This document shows, piece after piece, positions 49,796 through 56,569 of a stretch of 56,569 nt of DNA (the first letter of the stretch is position 1; each line of letters opens with the position of its first letter). The notes beneath the pieces were generated by a model. That model saw nothing but the letters and a program-made list of their open reading frames with translations, searched no databases and was not told where the DNA came from. This DNA comes from Synechococcus sp. GTDB lineage: Bacteria > Cyanobacteriota > Cyanobacteriia > PCC-6307 > Cyanobiaceae. Position numbers and translations under genes: made by a program. Where the stretch lies: NCBI GenBank assembly GCA_012270465.1, contig JAAXIH010000103.1, positions 1-56,569 on the forward strand. Direction: 5' to 3'.

Positions 49796-51066
49796 TGCGA
49801 TCCCCCCAAGAACTTCTGCAGGGCGATCCAGAGATTGCCGGGCTGATCAACAAAGAACTGGAACGGCAACAGAGCCACTTGGAGCTCATTGCCAGTGAGA
49901 ACTTCGCCTCACCAGCGGTGATGGCCGCCCAGGGCTCGGTGCTCACCAATAAGTACGCCGAAGGCCTGCCCAACCGCCGCTACTACGGCGGCTGTGAGCA
50001 CGTCGATGCCATCGAAGAGCTGGCGATTGAGCGCGCCAAGCAACTCTTCGGTGCCGCCTGGGCCAACGTGCAACCCCACAGCGGCGCGCAAGCCAACTTC
50101 GCGGTGTTCCTGGCCCTGCTGAAACCGGGCGACACGATCCTGGGCATGGATCTCTCCCACGGCGGCCACCTGACCCACGGCTCACCGGTGAATGTGAGCG
50201 GCAAGTGGTTCAAGGCGGTCCACTACGGCGTGGATCCCGAAACCCAGCAGCTCAATTTGGAGAGCATTCGCCAGCTGGCTCTCGAGCACAAGCCCAAGCT
50301 GATCGTTTGCGGCTACTCCGCCTATCCGCGCACCATCGATTTCGCTGGCTTCCGGGCGATCGCCGATGAAGTGGGCGCCTACCTGCTGGCCGACATGGCC
50401 CACATCGCCGGCTTGGTGGCCGCTGGGGTGCATCCCAACCCTGTTCCCCACTGCCATGTGGTGACCACCACCACCCACAAGACCCTGCGCGGTCCCCGGG
50501 GCGGCCTGATCCTCTGCAACGACGCCGACTTCGCCAAGCAGTTCGACAAGGCGGTCTTCCCTGGAACCCAGGGCGGGCCCCTCGAACACGTTGTCGCGGC
50601 CAAAGCCGTGGCGTTCGGTGAAGCGCTGCAGCCCAGCTTCAAGCAGTACAGCCAGCAGGTGGTGACCAATGCCCAGGCCCTGGCCAGCCGCCTGCAGGAG
50701 CGCGGCATTGCCGTGGTCAGCGGCGGCACCGACAACCATGTGGTGCTGCTGGATCTGCGCGGCATCGGCATGACCGGCAAGGTGGCTGATCTGCTGGTGA
50801 GCGAGGTGAACATCACCGCCAACAAAAACACCGTTCCCTTTGATCCGGAATCACCGTTTGTGACCAGTGGTCTGCGCCTAGGCACCGCAGCACTCACCAC
50901 CCGAGGCTTCGACGAGGCCGCCTTCACCGAGGTGGCTGATGTGATTGCTGACCGGCTGCTGAACCCCGAAGACTCAGCCATCGAACAGCGCTGCCGTGAT
51001 CGCGTGGCAAGCCTCTGCCAGCGGCACCCGCTTTACGGGCCGGCCTCCCCTGTGCTGGCGGCTTAG
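49796..51066 (+). CDS. glyA: Serine hydroxymethyltransferase
   Basis: LIASENF, NKYAEG, GGHLTHG and [13 protein letters not shown]; start approximate. Confidence 0.97.
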
Positions 51067-51102
51067 CCCAATTAGACTCAGGGGCGAAGGCTTGTTCGCC
51101 CT

Positions 51103-52248
51103 GTGGATTCCAGCCCGCTGATTCCTGCGCTGGCCACCTTGGGTGGGGCCTGTTTCTTGACGGCTGCGATCGTGCCGCAGGTCCGATCGATTGGCTTGAG
51201 GCTGGGCCTCACGGATCAACCCGATCCCCGTAAGCAGCACCTCACGCCGATGGTGCGCCTGGGGGGCATCGGCATTGTGTTGGGCTTCAGCTTGGCCCTG
51301 CTGATCACCTGGCTGGCCGGGGGCTTTGGTGTGCTTCCCGCCAGCCGCGATCAATTGGTGTGGGCCACCTTGATCGGTGCCATTGGCTACTTCCTGATCG
51401 GCCTCAGCGACGACTTGCTGCAGCTGCCCCCCATGCCCCGGCTAGCGCTCCAAATCGGAGTGGCGATGGGCGTCTGGAGCCAAGGGGTGAAGATCGGCAC
51501 CATCACCCTGCCGTTTGACAGCAGCCTCTCGCTGACCTTGCCCGATTGGCTGAGCTTGATCGCCACCGTGATTTGGCTGGTTGGCATCACCAATGCCATC
51601 AACTGGCTCGATGGCCTCGACGGGCTGGCTGCTGGTGTCAGCGCCATTGCAGCGATGGCCTTGCTGTCGGTGAGTTTCAGCCTGCATCAGCCCGGAGCTG
51701 GGTTGCTGGCCGCCGCCCTAGCTGGCTCCTGCATCGGCTTTTTGCGTGACAACTTCAATCCAGCCCGGATCTTCATGGGCGATGGAGGGTCCTATTTCCT
51801 GGGCTTTTCGCTCGCGGCCATCAGCGTGATTGGGCCGGCCAAGGAGCTCACCACCGTCAGCTTGTTGTTGCCGCTGCTGATCTTGTCGCTGCCGCTGGCC
51901 GACATGTCGGCGGTGATCATGGGCCGCGTCAGCGATGGCCGCTCGCCCTTTTATCCCGATCGGCGCCATCTGCACCACCGCCTGCTGCGCGCTGGTTACA
52001 GCCACCGCCGCACGGTGCTGTTGATCTACGCCTTCACCCAGTGGCTGGCGGCGTTGGCCCTGGTGGCTGCCAACGCTGAGATGCGCTTCCTCTGGCTGGG
52101 CCTGGCCACAGCGGTGCTGGTTTGGGTGGTGTTGCGCAGCCGCCGCTATCCCAGCCGGGATGCGCAGCGCTTGGCCGATTCGACTACCCAAGAACAGGGG
52201 CCTGAGAGTGCTCCTCTACTGCAAAACAGTTCCAACGACCGATCTTGA
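51103..52248 (+). CDS. MraY/WecA family polyprenyl-phosphate GlcNAc-1-phosphate transferase
   Basis: DD motif, [19 protein letters not shown] and HLHHRL. Confidence 0.92.
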   Translation: MDSSPLIPALATLGGACFLTAAIVPQVRSIGLRLGLTDQPDPRKQHLTPMVRLGGIGIVLGFSLALLITWLAGGFGVLPASRDQLVWATLIGAIGYFLIGLSDDLLQLPPMPRLALQIGVAMGVWSQGVKIGTITLPFDSSLSLTLPDWLSLIATVIWLVGITNAINWLDGLDGLAAGVSAIAAMALLSVSFSLHQPGAGLLAAALAGSCIGFLRDNFNPARIFMGDGGSYFLGFSLAAISVIGPAKELTTVSLLLPLLILSLPLADMSAVIMGRVSDGRSPFYPDRRHLHHRLLRAGYSHRRTVLLIYAFTQWLAALALVAANAEMRFLWLGLATAVLVWVVLRSRRYPSRDAQRLADSTTQEQGPESAPLLQNSSNDRS

Positions 52249-53498
52249 GCTCACCCCGCAGCGGCTGCGAGATCCTCTGCATCGGCACCGAACTGCTGCT
52301 TGGCAACATCCTCAATGGCAATGCCCGCTGGCTCGCTGAGTCGCTGGCCTCGCTCGGCATTCCCCATTTCCGCCAAGGCGTGGTGGGCGATAACCCCGAG
52401 CGCTTGCGCGAGGCCGTAGTGGAGGCAGCTGGCCGCAGCCGGCTGCTGATTTGCACCGGTGGTTTGGGCCCCACGCCCGACGACCTCACCACCGAAACCT
52501 TGGCGGCCTGCTTTGGTGTTCCTTTGGAAGAGCGCCCTGAGGTGCTGGCCGACCTGGAAGCCAAACTGCGGGCGCGGGGCCGCAGTTTGGGGGTCAGCAA
52601 CCGCAAACAGGCACTACTGCCGCAGGGGGCTGAGGTGTTGCCCAACCCCACCGGTACAGCTCCAGGAATCATCTGGACGCCGCAACCGGGCTTCACCGTG
52701 TTGACCTTCCCCGGCGTGCCCAGCGAAATGCGGGCCATGTGGCAGCAGACCGCCGTGCCTTGGCTCAAAGCGCAGCACCTGGTTAGCGGCACATTCCGCA
52801 GCCGGGTGCTGCATTTCTGGGGCGTTTCGGAATCCAGCCTGGCCGAGTCGGTGGCCCCGCTGCTGGAGCTCAGCAACCCCACCGTGGCCCCCTATGCCGG
52901 CCAAGGCGAAGTGAAGCTGAGGATCACGGCCAAAGGAGCAACGGCCAGCGAAGCTGATGCCGTGATCGCCCCGGTTGAGCAAGAGCTGCGGCGCATTGGC
53001 GCTGAGCACTGTTTTGGCGCTGACGACGACAGCCTTGCTTCAGTGGTCTTGGCCGAGCTTCGAGCGCGAGGCGAGACCCTTGCTGTCGCCGAGAGCTGCA
53101 CCGGCGGTGGCGTCGGCAACGCCCTCACGGGCATTCCGGGCAGCTCCGATGTCTTTCTCGGCGGCGTCATCGCCTACGCCAACCGCATCAAACAAGACCT
53201 GCTGCAGGTGCCCAGCGAGCTGCTTGAACGGGAAGGCGCCGTCAGCGCTGCTGTGGCGCAAGCGATGGCGGAAGGCGCCCGTCGCCAACTCGGAACCGAC
53301 TGGGGTGTGGCCGTTACCGGCGTTGCCGGCCCAGGAGGCGGCAGCGACAGCAAACCCGTGGGCCTTGTTCATTTCGCCGTGGCCGGCCCCGATGGCAGCA
53401 GCCATTTGGAGCGCCGCTATGGCGATCGCCGCGGCCGCGATTGGATCCGCGGGCTCAGCGTGGGAGACGCTTTGAATCTGTTGCGGCTGCGGCTTTAG
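52245..53498 (+). CDS. cinA: Competence/damage-inducible protein CinA (MocF domain + NMN deamidase)
   Basis: [23 protein letters not shown] and TGVAGPGG motifs. Confidence 0.93.
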   Translation: MSSPRSGCEILCIGTELLLGNILNGNARWLAESLASLGIPHFRQGVVGDNPERLREAVVEAAGRSRLLICTGGLGPTPDDLTTETLAACFGVPLEERPEVLADLEAKLRARGRSLGVSNRKQALLPQGAEVLPNPTGTAPGIIWTPQPGFTVLTFPGVPSEMRAMWQQTAVPWLKAQHLVSGTFRSRVLHFWGVSESSLAESVAPLLELSNPTVAPYAGQGEVKLRITAKGATASEADAVIAPVEQELRRIGAEHCFGADDDSLASVVLAELRARGETLAVAESCTGGGVGNALTGIPGSSDVFLGGVIAYANRIKQDLLQVPSELLEREGAVSAAVAQAMAEGARRQLGTDWGVAVTGVAGPGGGSDSKPVGLVHFAVAGPDGSSHLERRYGDRRGRDWIRGLSVGDALNLLRLRL

Positions 53499-53527
53499 GC
53501 TGCCCTGTTTGGCGAAGGTAAAAGCGC

Positions 53528-54937
53528 TTGAGCACAGCCACCCTCTACGACAAGGTCTGGGCCCTGCATCAGGTTGCTGAGCTGCCCAGCGGGGCGACGC
53601 AGCTCTTCATTGGCCTGCACCTGATCCACGAGGTCACCAGCCCACAAGCCTTTGCTGCCCTGAAGGATCTGGGGCTGAGCGTGCGCCACCCCGAACGCAC
53701 GGTGGCCACCGTGGACCACATCGTGCCAACGACGAGCCAAGCGCGGCCCTTCGCCGATGGACTGGCCGAAGAAATGCTCAGCACCCTGGAGCGCAACTGC
53801 CAGGAGTACGGCATCCATCTCAATGGCCTTGGCAGTGGCCGCCAAGGAATCGTGCATGTGATGGCCCCTGAGCTGGGCTTGACCCAGCCGGGCATGACCG
53901 TGGCCTGCGGTGATTCCCACACCTCCACCCACGGAGCCTTTGGTGCCATTGCCTTTGGCATTGGCACCAGCCAAGTGCGCGATGTCTTGGCCAGCCAGAG
54001 CTTGACGATGAACAAGCTCAAGGTGCGGCGCATCTGGGTGGATGGCGCCCTGCAGCCGGGCGTGTTTGCCAAGGATCTGGTGCTGCACATCATCCGCACC
54101 CTGGGCGTCAAAGGCGGCGTGGGCTACGCCTATGAATTCGCCGGGCCTGCCATCGAAGCCCTCTCGATGGAGGAGCGGATGACCCTGTGCAACATGGCCA
54201 TCGAGGGCGGCGCCCGCTGCGGCTACGTCAATCCCGACCAAACCACCTTCGATTACCTCAAAGGCCGCCCCCACGCGCCCAGCGGTGAGGCTTGGGATCG
54301 CGCTGTGAGCTGGTGGAAGAGCTTGGCCAGCGGAGCCGATGCCTGCTTCGACGATGAGGTGAAACTCGATGCCGCCACCATCGCCCCCACCATCACCTGG
54401 GGGATCACCCCAGGCCAGGGCATTGGCGTGGATGAGGCGGTGCCCACCCTGGAGCAGACCCCAGAGGAAGACCGGCCCCTGGCCCAAGAGGCCTACCGCT
54501 ACATGGACTTGCAGCCGGGCCAAGCGATTGCTGGGCTGCCGGTGGATGTGTGTTTCATCGGCAGCTGCACCAATGGCCGCCTCAGCGACCTGCGCGCCGC
54601 GGCCTCCATTGCCGCTGGCCGCCAGGTGGCCTCAGGCATCAAAGCCTTTGTGGTGCCGGGATCTGAGCAGGTGGCGGCTGCCGCTGAAGCCGAAGGGCTC
54701 GATGCTGTGTTCCGCCAAGCGGGCTTCGAATGGCGCGAGCCGGGCTGCTCGATGTGCCTGGCGATGAACCCCGATCGCCTCGAAGGCCGCCAAATCAGCG
54801 CCAGCTCCAGCAACCGCAACTTCAAAGGCCGCCAAGGCTCAGCCAGTGGCCGCACGCTGCTGATGAGCCCGGCGATGGTGGCTGCCGCGGCCATCACCGG
54901 CCATGTCACCGACGTTCGCTCCCTGCCGCCTGCTTAA
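53528..54937 (+). CDS. leuC: 3-isopropylmalate dehydratase large subunit
   Basis: [25 protein letters not shown] and CSMCLAMN motifs. Confidence 0.97.
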   Translation: MSTATLYDKVWALHQVAELPSGATQLFIGLHLIHEVTSPQAFAALKDLGLSVRHPERTVATVDHIVPTTSQARPFADGLAEEMLSTLERNCQEYGIHLNGLGSGRQGIVHVMAPELGLTQPGMTVACGDSHTSTHGAFGAIAFGIGTSQVRDVLASQSLTMNKLKVRRIWVDGALQPGVFAKDLVLHIIRTLGVKGGVGYAYEFAGPAIEALSMEERMTLCNMAIEGGARCGYVNPDQTTFDYLKGRPHAPSGEAWDRAVSWWKSLASGADACFDDEVKLDAATIAPTITWGITPGQGIGVDEAVPTLEQTPEEDRPLAQEAYRYMDLQPGQAIAGLPVDVCFIGSCTNGRLSDLRAAASIAAGRQVASGIKAFVVPGSEQVAAAAEAEGLDAVFRQAGFEWREPGCSMCLAMNPDRLEGRQISASSSNRNFKGRQGSASGRTLLMSPAMVAAAAITGHVTDVRSLPPA

Positions 54938-54941
54938 ACCC

Positions 54942-55565
54942 ATGACATCAACTCCTTTTCCCAGCGGCGCGATCAGCCAAGTGAGCGGACCCGCCGTGGT
55001 GCTGCGCGGCAACGACATCGACACCGACCGGATCATCCCGGCGCGCTTTCTCAAATGCGTGACCTTCGATGGCCTCGGCGCGCAGGTGTTCGCCGATGAC
55101 CGCAGCGAGCAAAACGGCGAGCACCCCTTTGATCGCCCCGAACACCAAGGGGCAGCGATCTTGATCGTGAACCGCAACTTCGGCTGCGGCTCCAGCCGTG
55201 AACACGCCCCCCAAGCGCTGCTGCGCTGGGGGATCCGCGCGGTGGTGGGCGAAAGCTTCGCCGAAATCTTCTATGGCAACTGCCTGGCTTTGGGCATTCC
55301 CTGCCTGCAGGCCAGCAGCGAGGAGATCGATGCGCTGCAAACAGCTGCTGAGGCAGCTCCACAAACCAGCGCCAGCATCAGCCTGGAGCCGGCTGCCATC
55401 GAGATCGAAGGGCGCCGCTGGGATCTCAGCATGGCGGCCGATGCCAAAAATCGACTGCTTGGCGGCCAGTGGGATGCCACCAGCCAGCTGCTGCAACAGG
55501 AGCAGGCCCTCCAAGACACCGCTGCGCGCCTGCCCTACATGCAGGGGTTCGTGGCCAGCCGCTGA
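54942..55565 (+). CDS. leuD: 3-isopropylmalate dehydratase small subunit
   Basis: IDTDRIIPARFL and NFGCGSSREHAP motifs. Confidence 0.96.
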   Translation: MTSTPFPSGAISQVSGPAVVLRGNDIDTDRIIPARFLKCVTFDGLGAQVFADDRSEQNGEHPFDRPEHQGAAILIVNRNFGCGSSREHAPQALLRWGIRAVVGESFAEIFYGNCLALGIPCLQASSEEIDALQTAAEAAPQTSASISLEPAAIEIEGRRWDLSMAADAKNRLLGGQWDATSQLLQQEQALQDTAARLPYMQGFVASR

Positions 55566-55604
55566 TTTTTTGTCTACAAAAGAGATAGCGATGAGACGGA
55601 CGAG

Positions 55605-56090
55605 ATGGACTCAGTGCCTGCCCCCCGCCATCGCTCCCGCTGGAGCTTGTTGAGCCTGCTGGTGTTGGCCGCCCCTTTGGCCATGCTCAATCCCAGCCTG
55701 GCCGATCCGCTCAAGCAACTGGAAACAGGTTTTTGCTCCGGCTGCGCCCTCAGCGGCGCCGATCTGCGCGGCCGTGATTTGCGCGGCTTCTATTTGATTG
55801 GAGCCGATTTACGCGGCGCCGACCTGATCGGCGCCGACCTCAGCGGAGCCAACCTGGAAGGGGCTGATCTCAGCGGCGCCAACTTGGAAGGAGCTCAGCT
55901 GCAGGGCAGCCGCCTCAGCAACGCTGATCTACGCGGCGCCAATCTGCGCTTCGCCGATCTCACCGATGCCATCGCCATCCAAGCGATCACCGAAGGCGCC
56001 CAAGTGGAAGGGCTGGAATTCAGCGGCGCTGAGCTCTACCGCAGCAACCTGATCGTTGGCGGAGAGAACCAATCCAGCAACAGCGATTAA
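55605..56090 (+). CDS. Pentapeptide repeat protein, probably exported
   Basis: Signal peptide, CxxC and tandem A(D/N)Lxx repeats. Confidence 0.9.
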   Translation: MDSVPAPRHRSRWSLLSLLVLAAPLAMLNPSLADPLKQLETGFCSGCALSGADLRGRDLRGFYLIGADLRGADLIGADLSGANLEGADLSGANLEGAQLQGSRLSNADLRGANLRFADLTDAIAIQAITEGAQVEGLEFSGAELYRSNLIVGGENQSSNSD

Positions 56091-56569
56091 TCAACGGGGG
56101 CCTTCCCGCCAGGGATTCGCCCTGGAAGGGGTGAGTAGTCATAGGGAACAAAAGGAATACCCGTTCCTTTGAAGCCAAAGTCGTTCAAGCGAACACGCAA
56201 ACCACCCATACCGGTGTAGGGGCTGAAGTAGGCCTCGACTTGATAGGCGCGGCGCAACCAACGCAAGGCAAACAACGCATTGGTGACTTCACCGTAGTAA
56301 CCGGAATCGCCAGCCACGAAGTATCCGATGGAGCTCTGCAAGACAAACCGACCAACCAATTGCTGCGTCCAGTTCACACCCAATGTGCCCACGTCCACAA
56401 ACTCATCAAATGAGAACGGACTATCACCGGTTTTTGCCGTTGCGCTACCGAAGATCGAGAGGCGAGTGAAGTCCATGAAGGGACGATTGAAATGGCCCAG
56501 AGTCAAACTTGGGCCGCCCGAAATTCAAATCCGCTTCTGATTGTCACCATCGGCATAGCTTGCCCGGCG
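56087..56569 (-). CDS. C-terminus of a DUF3769 / LptD-like outer-membrane protein (continues beyond the window)
   Basis: SPFSFD, QQLVG, RRAY..YFSPY and NDFGFKGTGIPFVPY beta-barrel-like tail. Confidence 0.65.

Noticed and set aside
55745-55965. Near-tandem 15-bp-period repeats (GGCGCCGATCT...)
   Set aside because: Explained by the pentapeptide-repeat protein; no unique spacers, so not a CRISPR array.
56087-56569. Apparently lower GC at the window end, suggesting foreign DNA
   Set aside because: It encodes the aromatic-rich tail of a DUF3769-like protein; too short and truncated to support an island call.

Overview
A dense, high-GC, mostly core-genome window from a marine picocyanobacterium. 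Gene content and order (trpB-hrcA, gltA-ndhAIGE-nadK, fabI-hisB, tgt-psbK, purH, ispH-amt1, sfsA-murJ, glyA-cinA-leuCD) point to Synechococcus, and the short spacers and many overlaps suggest a streamlined strain (inference). I find about 65 CDS, including psbK and a 56-aa ORF that the ORF track missed, two tRNAs (Ile2-CAT and Arg-ACG), a glnA-type glutamine riboswitch in front of a DUF4278 gene, an NtcA-like box and three terminators. I see no mobile element, CRISPR array or prophage. The best candidate for an uncharacterised system is a translationally coupled four-gene operon at 16967-21768: a SABATH-like methyltransferase, a Leu/Phe/Val dehydrogenase-like enzyme, a sarcosine-oxidase-like flavoprotein with altered key residues, and a BCCT transporter. 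Also notable are a split, reverse-order photolyase pair with a probable Fe-S cluster, a phosphorylase-kinase alpha/beta-like GH15 protein, and a ~320-nt structured leader before the DUF3155 gene. All family assignments come from motif recognition by eye; no searches were run.
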